Shown here one piece after another: positions 13,255-23,697 of a DNA stretch of 64,000 bases. Position 1 is the stretch's first letter; every line of letters begins with the position of its first letter. A program made the position numbers and the translations under genes. Source of the stretch: an uncultured Chloroflexia bacterium (lineage in GTDB: Bacteria > Chloroflexota > Dehalococcoidia > DSTF01 > JALHUB01). Under the pieces are notes generated by a model, which did no database searches, was not told where the DNA came from, and saw only the letters and a list, made by a program, of their open reading frames with translations. Location of the stretch: contig CAVSBT010000037.1 in the NCBI GenBank assembly GCA_963726245.1, positions 1 through 64,000 on the forward strand. The letters run 5' to 3'.

Positions 13255-16244
13255 ATGACACAAGAGAAGAACGGTCAAACAAGGGAAGCTCGGCCTGCCG
13301 GAACAAGCGACATCAGTATGGACGTGAGGCGTGAGGAGGGCCCGCGGCGAGTCGAGTGGGAGAAAGCGACTATTCTCAACGGCATGTCAGAGCAGGTGGT
13401 GTATCAGGACGCAGAAATGAGGATAGTGTGGGCAAACAGGGCCGCCGCCGAGTCGCGTAGGCTTGGCCCCTGAGGATCTAGTGGGGCGTCACTGTTACGA
13501 GCTGCGCCACCAGCGCAGCGAGCCCTGCGCAAACTGCCCCGTCGCAAAGGCGCGCGAAACGGGTCGACCGCAGAGTGGGGAGATGGTCTCTCCCAAGGGC
13601 GCGGTATGGTCGGTACAAGGCGTTCCCATTCGAGATGCAAAAGGCAACGTCGAATGTGTCGTTGAGGTCGCGCTTGACATCACGGAGCGCAAGCAGGCGG
13701 AGGAGGCGCTGCGGGCGTCGGAGGCGACCTACCGGTCGATCTTCAACGCCACCAACGACGGCATACTCGTCCTCGACATCGAGACCGGCGAAATCGTCGA
13801 CGCGAACGCGACGTTCTGCAACGTGTTCGGCTACACCCCGGAGGAGGTGCGCCGGCTACGACTACAGGATGTCAGCTCGGGCGAGGCGCCGTACGTTCAG
13901 GAAGACGCGCTGCGCCTGATACACCAGGCGGCCGGGGGACAGCCGCAGCGTTTCGAGTGGCTGGCGAAAAGCAGGGATGGCGCGCTGCTGTGGATCGACG
14001 TGACCCTGAAACGGGCGACCATCGCGGGCCGGGACCGCGTGCTGGCCGTCGGCCGCGACATCACGGAGCGCAAGCAGGCGGAGGAGGCGCTGCGGGAGAG
14101 CGAGACTAAGTTCCGCACGCTGATGGAGACCACGGCAGCGTCGGTGTTCATCTATCGCGGAACGAGGCCTCTCTACACTAACGCCGCGATGGAAAGGCTG
14201 ACGGGCTACACGCGAGAAGAGATCCTGGCCAGGGAACTCTGGCAGCTTGTTCACCCGGATTTCCAGAGCTTGGTGAGAGAGCGGTCTCGCGCACGCCAGC
14301 AGGGAGAACAAGCTCCCTCCCGGTACGAGTTCAAGATTGTGACGAAGAGCGGCGACGAGCGCTGGGTGGACTTCACCGCCGGGATCATCGAATTCGAAGG
14401 ACAGCCAGCCGCAATTGGGACATTCTATGACATTACAGAGCGTAAGCGAGCGGAGGAGGCGCTACGGGAGACCACCCAGACCCTCCAGGCGCTGGTTCAG
14501 GCCTCACCCCTGGCTGTAATTACTGTGGACCTACAGGGGAACGTCAAAATGTGGAACCCGGCCGCCGAGCGGACCTTCGGCTGGAGCGAGCGGGAGGCAC
14601 TCGGCCATCCCAACCCGATCATCCCTGAAGACCGACAGGACGAGTTCCGTGCCAACCTCGATGCGGTGCTACAAGGCAAGCTGCTGAATCAAGTAGAGAC
14701 CCGTCGTCGCAAGAAGGATGGCTCGCTGATCGATGTCAGCCTCTCGACGGCCGCGATGCGCAACGCAAACGGTGACATCATCGGCACCATGGGCATAATT
14801 GCCGACATCACGGAGCGCAAGCGGACAGAGGAGGCGCTGCGGAAGAGCCAGGAGCGCTACCGTCTTCTCGCCGACAACGTCACAGATGTCATCTGGACCA
14901 CGGACATGGACCTGAACCTGACCTACGTCAGCCCCTCCGTCGTGCGGCTGCAGGGCTACAGCCGCGATGAAATCATCGCCCTGCCCCTCGAACAGATCAT
15001 GACCCCCAGCTCCCTCAAGACAGTCAGAAAGGCGCTTGCTGAGGAACTGGCCGTGGAAAGCCGGGAGCAGAAGGACCTTTCCAGGTCCCGGACGCTGGAA
15101 ACAGAGGAGCTCCGCAAGGACGGCTCCACCGTTTGGGCCGAGATGAAGGTGACTTTTCTCCGCGACCCGGATGGCCGGCCCGCCGGCATCCTGGGGGTGA
15201 CGCGTGACATCACGGAGCGCAAGCAGGCGGAGGAGGCGCTGCGGGAGAGCGAAGCAGAGTTTCGGGGGGTAGCGGAAACCGCCGCAGCCGCAATCTTCAT
15301 CATCCAGGGAGCCAAGTTTCGCTATGTCAATCCTGGGGCTGAGAGGCTAACGCGCTATGGCCAAGAAGAACTCCTGGCCATCGATTTCTGGGACGTCGTG
15401 CACCCAGACCATCAAGCCCTGGTAAGAGAGCGGGGTCTCGCACGGCAGCGAGGAGAAGAGGTTCCCTCCCGGTACGAATTCAGAATCGTCACAAAGAGCG
15501 GCGAGGAGCGCTGGGCGGACATGACCGCTGGTGCGATCGAATTCGAGGGAGAAGGGGCTGTCATTGGCACAGCCTATGACATCACGGAGCGCAAGCGGGC
15601 GGAGGAAGCGCTCCGCGAGACCAACCAAACCCTCCGGGCGCTGGTTCAAGCCTCACCTCTGGCTATCCTCACCATGGACCTACAGGGGAATGTCAGAACG
15701 TGGAACCCAGCCGCCGAGCGGATCTTCGGCTGGAGCGAACAGGAGGCAGTCGGCCGCCCCAACCCGATCATCCCTGAAGACCGACAGAACGAGTTCCGCG
15801 CCCTCCTCGATGCAGTGCTACACGGCAATCTGTACAGTAAAGCAGAGACCCTTCGCGGTAGGAAAGATGGCTCGCTGATCGACGTCAGCCTCTCGACGGC
15901 TGCGATGCGCAACGCAATGGGTGACATCATCGGCGTCATGAGCATGCTTGACGACATCACGGAGCGCAAGCGGGCGGAGGAGGCGCTCCAGAAAGCCAGG
16001 GAGGAGCTGGAAGCCAGGGTGGACCGTCAGATGGAGATAGGCGAATCCTTATGGCCTAACCTTCCGTGAGCTCACCGTCCTCCACTTGGTAGCCGCCGGT
16101 AGGGCGGACAAGGAGATTGGAAGCCAACTGGGCATTAGTCCTCTGACGGCCCACAAGCACCTCGCGAACATCCTCGCCAAGATGAGCGCCGCCTCCCGCA
16201 CTGAGGCATGCGTGCGCGCCCTCCGAGAAGGACTGCTCGACTAG
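13255..16244 (+). CDS. One-component regulator: 7 PAS/PAC domains + C-terminal LuxR HTH (frameshifts ~13460 and ~16040)
   Basis: Seven DITERK-terminated PAS units. After a frameshift: GLTFRELTVLHLVAAGRADKEIGSQLGISPLTAHKHLANILAKM..SRTEA, stop TAG at 16244. Upstream TTGATA-16-TACAAT and a GGAGAGG RBS. Confidence 0.85.
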
Positions 16245-16290
16245 CTGAGCCGCCAAGGCTCGTCCTTGGTCACCTTTTCGTCTGAGCCCT

Positions 16291-16318
16291 GTAGGGGTCG
16301 AGCATGCTCGACCCCTAC
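16291..16318. repeat. GTAG-type REP
   Basis: Perfect palindrome GTAGGGGTCGAGCATGCTCGACCCCTAC. Confidence 0.85.
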
Positions 16319-16443
16319 ATTACGCGCCGCGGCTACTCCGACAGTTTGCGTGATACGCAACAATGAGTATGTACATGCGAGCGCCGTATGGGGGAACATC
16401 GAGCCAGAGCGCCCGTCTGCGCGATCTCTTGCGGGGATGGGCC

Positions 16444-17256
16444 ATGGTTGCGGAACCGCCGCCAACAGTCTGGGTCCTCCACAGCGACGACGTGCTGCGT
16501 GAGTGCCCGCGTGGCCGCGATGCGCCAGATGGGCTTTATCGCCATGCCCGTGGAGTCGGCCGCGCAGGGGCTCGGCTGGCTTCGCCACAACCACAGCTCT
16601 CATCCCCGACCTCATCCTCTTCGACGACGCCGGGGGGGACACGGCCCCGGCCCGGTTCGCCGCTGCCCTCACGGAGCTCCTCGGCGAACTGGCGCCCCCC
16701 GTCATCTACATCGTCAGCTCCGAAGAGAGCGCCTCAGGCCCTGAACCCATCTTCCCTCAAGTCCGGCATGGACATCGTCCTTCGGCGGCCGGTCGCTGCG
16801 CGCGACGTCATCAGGGCAATGTTCTCGGTGCTGCGCCGCTCCGCGGAAGAGGGCTCGGTCCTCCATGCCCAGGGCCTGGAGCTCGACGTGGTCCGGCGGA
16901 TGCTGGGGTACCGGGACCACAACATCCACCTCACCCGCTTCGAATGCGGGTTCATGGAATACATCATGCGGCGCAAGGACCGCGTGGTCACCAACGACGA
17001 GCTGCTCGAGCACGTCTGGGGATTCGAGCCGGGCACCGGCGGCCTCGAGGTGCTGCGGGCCCACGTCCGGAACGTGAGGCGCAAGCTACTGCTCCTGGGG
17101 GCGCCCCAAGACCTCATCTGGACCCTGCCGGGGCGCGGCCACCGGCTCAAGGAGCCTCTTGAAAGCGAGCCCCCAGGGGACCTCCACCCGTCCGCCCCCG
17201 CTGCCACGCCTGATTTGGCAACCTATCCGCCCGCCGGCCAGGCCGCGCCCGTCTAA
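16444..17256 (+). CDS. OmpR-family response regulator, atypical receiver (about 3 frameshifts)
   Basis: PDLILFD receiver core and winged helix LTRFE..VVTNDELLEHVWG..LRAHVRNVRRKL..TLPGRG. Confidence 0.75.
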   Translation: MVAEPPPTVWVLHSDDVLRECPRGRDAPDGLYRHARGVGRAGARLASPQPQLSSPTSSSSTTPGGTRPRPGSPLPSRSSSANWRPPSSTSSAPKRAPQALNPSSLKSGMDIVLRRPVAARDVIRAMFSVLRRSAEEGSVLHAQGLELDVVRRMLGYRDHNIHLTRFECGFMEYIMRRKDRVVTNDELLEHVWGFEPGTGGLEVLRAHVRNVRRKLLLLGAPQDLIWTLPGRGHRLKEPLESEPPGDLHPSAPAATPDLATYPPAGQAAPV

Positions 17257-17359
17257 CCAGAGACTCCCGCATCGCCCTCTCAAGTGTTTTCGCCAGGGAA
17301 GATTGGGGCGCCGCCCAATCGCGCCCGGCGTCACGTCGGGGGCGAACATGAACTGAGCC

Positions 17360-17635
17360 ATGGAGCCTCCGGCAGGGCGCTACCTACCACGTCGAGATCA
17401 GCGCGAAGGCCACGCAGACTTTGGAGCGCTTGACTCCGAAGCCCTGTGGGCCATCCACCGGGCCCTCGACGCCCTGGATACGGATCCCCAGCCACCCGGC
17501 GCCCGCCCTCGCAAGGCGCCCGGCCACTACAGCCTCGGCGTGGGCCCGCACCGCATTCTCTACGCCGTGGACGAAGAGGCCCACCTTATCACCGTCCAGC
17601 GCATCCGCGCCCTTCCCCCGCAACGGCCCAAATAG
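17360..17635 (+). CDS. RelE/ParE-like protein (orphan; N-terminus possibly frameshifted)
   Basis: L..DPQPPGA....YSL.VG.HRILYAVDEE...ITV pattern; an alternative frame gives YHVEISAKA. Confidence 0.6.
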   Translation: MEPPAGRYLPRRDQREGHADFGALDSEALWAIHRALDALDTDPQPPGARPRKAPGHYSLGVGPHRILYAVDEEAHLITVQRIRALPPQRPK

Positions 17636-17708
17636 ACGCATAGCGGCCAGAGCTCATCTGTAGGGGCGGACCCTCACCTTCTGCTGAAGAACCGCACTGC
17701 GGCAGCCC

Positions 17709-17771
17709 TGTCATTCTGAGCGGAGCGAAGAATCTGATTCAGCGAGACCCTTCGCTTCGCTCAGGGTGACA
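17709..17771. repeat. GTCA-type palindromic repeat (inverted pair)
   Basis: TGTCATTCTGAGCGGAGCGAAGAATCT ... AGACCCTTCGCTTCGCTCAGGGTGACA; second copy at 43059-43131. Confidence 0.8.
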
Positions 17772-17883
17772 GAGCAAGGGGGCTTGGCAACAGGCCCTTC
17801 ATCTCCACTCTGGGCCGGCCTTCCGCCTTCGCCGGCCAGGCCTGCGAACCGACAGGCCCGCGTGCTATACTGCCTGCAATCGG

Positions 17884-17903
17884 CCTGCCTGCGGGCAGGC
17901 AGG
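17884..17903. repeat. 20-bp mini-palindrome in a 5' UTR
   Basis: CCTGCCTG CGGG CAGGCAGG, between a TGnTATACT -10 (17863-17871) and the start at 17922. Confidence 0.75.
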
Positions 17904-17921
17904 CCAGCGACACGATAGTGA

Positions 17922-19181
17922 ATGCGGCGAGCCACTAACTCTCCCCTCCGCAACTGGCTCCTCGTCGGCATAGCCGTCGCCGTCGCCGCACCTGCCCCCC
18001 TTGTCCGCCTGAGCGGCGCCGAGCTCACTAGCGGGGTGGCCGTCGCCATCTCCGGCGCCGCCATCCTTTCCGCTGCCTTCCTCCTGACCTGGATCTCGGA
18101 GGCGGCAGAGCGCGACGTTTCGCGGGGCCTGGCACTGGCGCTCATTGCCCTCATAGCCGTCTTGCCCGAGTACGCTGTAGGCCTCTACTTCGCCTGGACC
18201 GCGCCCCAAACGCCGGAGCACGCGCACTTCGTCACGGCCAACATGACGGGCGCCAACCGCCTCCTGGTAGGCTTCGCCTGGCCCACCCTGGTGGCCATCT
18301 TCTGGCTGCGAACGAAGAAGACCACGCTCAGCGTGCGCGGCGACACGTCGCTGGGCCTCATGGCGCTGGGCGCCGCGACTCTCTACAGCTTCTCCATACC
18401 CATCCGCGGCCACCTCTCTCTGCTGGACACCGCGGTGCTCATGAGCATCTTCGCCGGGTACATGTACTTCGTCTCCCGCACCCCCACCGCCGAGCCGGAG
18501 CTGGTGGGCCCGGCGCACACCATCGGGACGCTGCCCACCGTACGGCGCCGGGTAATCGTCGCGCTGCTCTTTCTCTATGCCGCAGGGGTCATCTTCGCCT
18601 CCGCGGAGCCCTTTGCCAACGGGCTGGTGAACATCGGCAAAGAGCGAGGCATCAACGAGTTCCTGCTGGTCCAGTGGCTGGCGCCTTTGGCGTCGGAGGC
18701 GCCCGAGTTCATCATCGCCGCCGTCCTCGCCGCCAGGGGGAAGGCCATGGCCGGCATGCTGATGCTCATATCCTCCAAGGTCAACCAGTGGACCCTCCTC
18801 ATAGGCACCATGCCCGTGGCGTACAGCATCTCGGGGCATACGTTCTCGCCGTTGCCCATAGACGGGCGACAGGCGGAGGAGGTCCTTCTCACCGCCGCAC
18901 AGTCGGCTTTCGCCATCGCCATCTTCGCCAGCCTCAGCATCTCGCTACTGGAGGCCGGACTCCTCTTCCTCCTCTTCTCCACGCAGCTTGCCCTCACGGA
19001 TCAGACGGTTCGGTACGGGTTCAGCGGCGCCTATCTGGCGCTGGCGGCGATATGGTTCATCCACGACCGCGCCACCCTGCCCACAGTCTTCCGCGAGGCA
19101 AGGCGATCAGCGGCGGGACTATCGCACCCCAGCCATGAGGCGGCGTCCGACTTCAGCGCCAAGACCAAACGGCGCTACTGA
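17922..19181 (+). CDS. Sodium/calcium (CaCA superfamily) antiporter
   Basis: Alpha-repeats AVLPEY..ANMTGANR and LASEAPE..SSKVNQW; about 11 TM helices. Confidence 0.9.
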   Translation: MRRATNSPLRNWLLVGIAVAVAAPAPLVRLSGAELTSGVAVAISGAAILSAAFLLTWISEAAERDVSRGLALALIALIAVLPEYAVGLYFAWTAPQTPEHAHFVTANMTGANRLLVGFAWPTLVAIFWLRTKKTTLSVRGDTSLGLMALGAATLYSFSIPIRGHLSLLDTAVLMSIFAGYMYFVSRTPTAEPELVGPAHTIGTLPTVRRRVIVALLFLYAAGVIFASAEPFANGLVNIGKERGINEFLLVQWLAPLASEAPEFIIAAVLAARGKAMAGMLMLISSKVNQWTLLIGTMPVAYSISGHTFSPLPIDGRQAEEVLLTAAQSAFAIAIFASLSISLLEAGLLFLLFSTQLALTDQTVRYGFSGAYLALAAIWFIHDRATLPTVFREARRSAAGLSHPSHEAASDFSAKTKRRY

Positions 19182-19252
19182 CGGGAAGACGAAGGAACGT
19201 CTCTGGAGACGCGGGCCACCTATCTACCGCCGGCAGGCCTGTTTGAGGTCGG

Positions 19253-20281
19253 CTACCACTCCACCAGGGCAGCGCCGGAGGTGAGCCCCGAGCCGAAGGC
19301 GCACATGGCCAGCAGGTCGCCGCGGCGCAGGCGCTCCATTTCCACGGCCTCGCAGAGGGCGATGGGGATGCTGGCGTTGGAGGTGTTGGCGTAGCGATCG
19401 ATGTTGACGAAGACGCGGTCGGGCAAGGGCTCGCCGTGGTTCTCGGTAAGGCCCAGCTTGTTCGCAACGTACTGGATGATCCGCAAGTTGGCCTGGTGGG
19501 GGACCAGCACGTCGATATCCTGAGACTCCAGTTCTGCGAGCTTTAGCACCTCTTGCATCCTGTCCACCATCGCCCGGCCGGCCTCTTTGAAGATGGCCTG
19601 CCCGTCGAAGATGGGGTCGTGAAGCCCCTTATCCAGCGTTTCGTAGGAAGTACGGTGCCGGGTGCCGCCGGCCGGGATCTTGAGCAGATCCTGGAGGTGC
19701 CCGAAGTCTCGCATGGAGAACGCCCATGCTCTCTTCGTGGTCGAGGGCTGGAGGACTACCGCTCCTGCCCCATCGCCGAAGAGGACGGCGCTCTCGCGGA
19801 TGTGCCATTTGAGGAGGCGGGTGCCCAGCTCGGCGCCGATGAGGAGGACATTGCGGCCCATATTGGCCGCCAGATACGAGCACCCCATCTGAAGGCCCGC
19901 CAGGAAGCCGGTGCAGCCGGCGTTGAGATCGAAGCCGTGGGCCCGCGAAGCGCCCAGCAGTTCCTGGACCAGGCAGTTGGTCGAAGGGGTGATGTAGTCA
20001 GGGCTGGCCGTGGCCACGATAAGAAGGTCGACATCTTTGGGGTCGAGGCCCGCGCGGGCCAGAGCACCCCTTGCCGCCCCGGCGGCCAGATCAGAGGTGG
20101 CCTGCGACGGGTCGGTCACATAGCGCTGCCGGATCCCGGTTCTGGTCGCGATCCACTCGTCACTGGTATCCAGCCCGGTTTCGCGGACCAGGTCATCGTT
20201 GGTCATGACCCGCTCAGGGACACACATGCCCCAGCCGCTGATCTCCACCGCGGCCTTCAAGTGCTCAGGAATCTGGCTCAT
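19253..20281 (-). CDS. fabH: 3-oxoacyl-ACP synthase III
   Basis: TGIRQR, AGCTGF (Cys), LFGDGAGA, PHQAN (His), NTS (Asn) and FGSG. Confidence 0.93.
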   Translation of the reverse strand: MSQIPEHLKAAVEISGWGMCVPERVMTNDDLVRETGLDTSDEWIATRTGIRQRYVTDPSQATSDLAAGAARGALARAGLDPKDVDLLIVATASPDYITPSTNCLVQELLGASRAHGFDLNAGCTGFLAGLQMGCSYLAANMGRNVLLIGAELGTRLLKWHIRESAVLFGDGAGAVVLQPSTTKRAWAFSMRDFGHLQDLLKIPAGGTRHRTSYETLDKGLHDPIFDGQAIFKEAGRAMVDRMQEVLKLAELESQDIDVLVPHQANLRIIQYVANKLGLTENHGEPLPDRVFVNIDRYANTSNASIPIALCEAVEMERLRRGDLLAMCAFGSGLTSGAALVEW

Positions 20282-20460
20282 GGCTCCCTCCCAGCCTATA
20301 CCCTGCGTCCACCCCAGAATCGACAAGTTGGGGCTGAACCAGGGCACAGTTTAGCGCGGCGGCCACGGCTCCACAAGAGCACCTGATTCGGGTGCGGCTT
20401 GCTCAGACCACGAGAGATGCGCGAGGTGTGGGGAATGGCCGCTGGCACGCGAGGGAACGC

Positions 20461-21318
20461 CTACGCGACCAGCCCTTCTTGGTCATCCGCCTCTTCTTCT
20501 GAAGGAGGCGTCCCGATGAGCGAGGTACGCGCCAAGCGCAGGAGCGTGCCGGGGTTGCGGGTGCGGGCGCTGTAGGTGGCCACTCCCATGCGCAGGCTGA
20601 GGCCAGCGAGCGAACCTTCCAGAGCCGCCTTCAGGCGGTGGACCATCAACGGCGCACCCTTTCGAGGCACACCCATGGCCACCACCGCTAGCTCGTTGCC
20701 TCCAAGGAGTGCCACCAGGTCGTTCGAGCGCATCGTCTCGGTAAGGACGGCACCGAGGCGCCGCAACGCATGGGAACCGGGGCCGCGCCTCTGGCCGGTG
20801 CTGGGCTCAAAGCGCATGAGGATGAGAGAGAACGTGGTCCCCTGCCTGCGGGCGCGCTCACATTCCAAAGAGAGGCGGTCGAAGAAGTACTGCCGGTTGT
20901 AAAGGCCCGTCACCTCGTCATAGACCGCCGTCCAGGCTAGCAGGGCCTCCCTGGTCTGTCGCAGGTGGTCCCTGAGGATGAGGGTGCCGAGCCCCAGGAT
21001 GGCGCAGAGAGCGCCAAGAAGGAGCGTGAGGCTGACCCGCTCCGTATAGTCCTCTGTGGTCAGGCCTCCCGGCAGCCAGGGGATAGCCCGGAACCAGGGG
21101 ATGGCCCAGAAGAAGAAGTAGGCCATCGCCACCCAGAAGGCGGCCCCCAAGAGGCGGCTACGCCGCAGCAGCAAGAGATAGCGCCGGTGCGTGCCCACGG
21201 CGCCCTGGACGGCCTCTGGTGAGGTCGCCCCCTCATCAGAGGGCACCGGCATTCCTACCGAACTCACCGAACCCGATGAACGCGTTGTTTTCGTGAAGGG
21301 CCAGGAGTGTATTCGCAC
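20461..21318 (-). CDS. Membrane protein with a degenerate GGDEF domain (start may be ~21252)
   Basis: Two TM helices and DEVTGLYNRQYF; the active-site motif reads GGNEL. Confidence 0.8.
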   Translation of the reverse strand: MRIHSWPFTKTTRSSGSVSSVGMPVPSDEGATSPEAVQGAVGTHRRYLLLLRRSRLLGAAFWVAMAYFFFWAIPWFRAIPWLPGGLTTEDYTERVSLTLLLGALCAILGLGTLILRDHLRQTREALLAWTAVYDEVTGLYNRQYFFDRLSLECERARRQGTTFSLILMRFEPSTGQRRGPGSHALRRLGAVLTETMRSNDLVALLGGNELAVVAMGVPRKGAPLMVHRLKAALEGSLAGLSLRMGVATYSARTRNPGTLLRLARTSLIGTPPSEEEADDQEGLVA

Positions 21319-21462
21319 GCGTCGACTGCCTTAGATGCACGCTCTCCCGTGCTCCATCCCGCAACACGGGCAACAGACGCTTCCGAGACTATTGTCGGAA
21401 CAATATCGCTCAGTCCGTATCGGTCAATGGGTAGAATGTTGCGGCATGGAAGAGGCCGGATG

Positions 21463-22167
21463 TCAGGAGCCTGCGGGGACGCGCAAGACGGCGACCGCCG
21501 CGCTGGTACGGTCAGAGACGCCAAGCTTGCGGAATATGTGCCGGAGGTGCGTCTTTATCGTCCCCACGCTGAGACCGAGGGCGGTGGCGATCTCCTTGTT
21601 GCTGAGCCCCTGCGAAAGGGAATGCAGTACCTGCTCTTCCCTGGTGCTGAGCGACCCCAAAGAGCCCACGGCACGGTTCAAGGCATTGTGCCGGAGGGCG
21701 GGCAGGAAAGGCTGCGAGGCCACGTAGTCCAGGAGCCGTCGCGCCACCACAGGGTCGATGACGGACCCACCGCCGCCTGTGGCGCGAATAGCCTGCGCCA
21801 GAGCGGCCCCCCCAACGCTCCTCAGGATGTAGCCGCGGGCCCCCAGGCGCACGGCAGCCAGGAGATTCTCCAAGTCCGGTTCCTGGGCCAGAGCTACCAG
21901 GGGCACGCCCGGATGCTTCATGGGCAGCCGGCGAAAGAAGTCGCGGCTCTCCGTTGTGGCAGGGTCGAAGTCCACCAGGACGACGTCAGGGGCGAATTCG
22001 CCGCCCGGGCCGGGCGACTGCGCGTCGGGTTCGGCCGCCGCCACCACCGCCATGTCTTCCTCGCCAGCGAGGACTCCGTAGATGCCCTCCCTTACGAGCT
22101 CCAGAGGCTCCACCACCAGGACCCGAAACCGCCGCGGGCGGGCGACAGGAAGGCGTACTGTGACCAT
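21463..22167 (-). CDS. NarL/LuxR-family response regulator
   Basis: PDVVLVD, GARGYIL, LSTREEQVL..GLSNKEIA..LS.GTIKTHL..KLGV.DRT. Confidence 0.92.
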   Translation of the reverse strand: MVTVRLPVARPRRFRVLVVEPLELVREGIYGVLAGEEDMAVVAAAEPDAQSPGPGGEFAPDVVLVDFDPATTESRDFFRRLPMKHPGVPLVALAQEPDLENLLAAVRLGARGYILRSVGGAALAQAIRATGGGGSVIDPVVARRLLDYVASQPFLPALRHNALNRAVGSLGSLSTREEQVLHSLSQGLSNKEIATALGLSVGTIKTHLRHIFRKLGVSDRTSAAVAVLRVPAGS

Positions 22168-22660
22168 TCACTCTTGACAGGCTGGCCTCTCCGGGTTCCC
22201 TTCTACTATGGCTGTCCTCACATCAAGGCGCATATCAGGAGAGGCCCTATTTTGGCGCTCCAAAATCTTGTCCGGCGATCAGGATTCTGTGGTCGCGCAA
22301 GAGGGAGGGTGGGAGCGTATGATAGAGCAGGAAAGAGATAGCGATATGTGGATGCCGCTGACAGCACGAGGGCCAGCGCTTCCGCGCTGGCCCTGCGTGC
22401 TAAAATGCCAGTAACGAGTGGGGTCGCCGCAGGGAAGGGAACGTTGCTGGTGGCCGAGGAAGGGCGCCCCGCTTCCCTGCGACTGGCCTCACACTTATAT
22501 TAGCATCTCGCGCTGCTACGGAAAAGCCTTGCCCCGCGGCGTCCCGCGGCGCCTCTCCCCAACCAGCCTCCTTTTCTGAATACGACGCCCCCACAACTGC
22601 ATTTCACCCGATCTTCACTCCTGCCGATAATACCGAGGGAGCAAGACTCGAGGTGAAGGC

Positions 22661-23422
22661 ATGGCCCCATCGCTCTTCATCGTTGGAGCGGCGGAAAACG
22701 ACGCCCAGCAAACGGCCGACGTGGCGCGCGGCCTCGGGTTGTCCGTCACTGCCGCCGAGTACAAGCCGACGACGCTGGACGACATCGAACGCTCACGGGC
22801 CTCCGTCGTGGTTCTCGACCTCGCCGCCATGCCGGGAAGCGGCGAAGTCCTCTGCCGGCAGATCGTCCGCCTGTCCCGCCCCGTTCTTCTCCTCGCAATC
22901 GTGGCTGGCCCGTCGGAGGCGGCCGCGTCCCTCCACGCTGGCGCCACGGTCTGCCTCACTCGTCCTCTGGATCCCTCCTGGCTGGTCGCCCAGCTTTCCG
23001 GCCTTCTCCGGCTTTCAAAGGCGCGCGAGGACGCCCCTCAGGCCGAGGCGCCGATCACCATCCAAAACCTCGAGATCGACCCCGGCCGCTGCGAGGCCGC
23101 CATCGACGGCCGGCCGATCCCCTTCACTCCCACCGAGTTTCGCATTCTGTCCTGCCTGGCCCGTGCCCCGGGACTGGTTGTCTCCGGCCGCGACCTCGCC
23201 GAGGAGGCTCTTGACCTCCAGTTGCCGGAGCAGGAAGCGATGGACCTCTTAAAGGTTCACGTCTACAGGCTGCGCCGGAAGCTGGGGCAGGGCGGGGCCG
23301 ATCCCTGGGCGCTACGCAACGTGCGGGGCTTCGGATACATGCTGGAGCGGCGCACCGCCGCCAAGCCAGCCATCGTCGAGGCCACCACCAGAGCCCGTGC
23401 GCCTCAGCGCCGCAGCGCCTGA
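22661..23422 (+). CDS. OmpR-family response regulator, atypical receiver
   Basis: VVLDL receiver core, FTPTEFRIL, VHVYRLRRKL and NVRGFGY. Confidence 0.9.
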   Translation: MAPSLFIVGAAENDAQQTADVARGLGLSVTAAEYKPTTLDDIERSRASVVVLDLAAMPGSGEVLCRQIVRLSRPVLLLAIVAGPSEAAASLHAGATVCLTRPLDPSWLVAQLSGLLRLSKAREDAPQAEAPITIQNLEIDPGRCEAAIDGRPIPFTPTEFRILSCLARAPGLVVSGRDLAEEALDLQLPEQEAMDLLKVHVYRLRRKLGQGGADPWALRNVRGFGYMLERRTAAKPAIVEATTRARAPQRRSA

Positions 23423-23620
23423 GGCCTTCACCGACCCCTCACTCTGCCTTCACCCCGCCGCTACCCACTATCGCGCCCTTTGGCCGTTATTCTGTTGGTA
23501 CGGAAGCGTAACGCCCTTTTCTCGGTCCCCCCGCCTCCGGGAGAGTGGCCGCTTCCTCCAAGGGGATGACGCTCCGGTATGAGGGCAGCAGGATCGGAGC
23601 CTGAGTTGTCGGAGCCAACG

Positions 23621-23656
23621 ACCCACCGCCGCGGCAGGATACCGGCGGTGGGTTTT
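23621..23656 (+). terminator. Intrinsic terminator-like hairpin
   Basis: 11-bp stem ACCCACCGCCG/CGGCGGTGGGT followed by a T run, between convergent genes. Confidence 0.7.
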
Positions 23657-23697
23657 CCCATTCTTCCCACGGTTCGCCGCCTGCATGCGGGTAAGGA

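Noticed and set aside
13675-15990. Regularly spaced GACATCACGGAGCGCAAG repeats as an array
   Set aside because: They encode the DITERK linkers of successive PAS domains.
22168-22660. Riboswitch or small gene in the long gap between divergent regulators
   Set aside because: No recognisable aptamer consensus and no ORF with a convincing RBS or codon usage.
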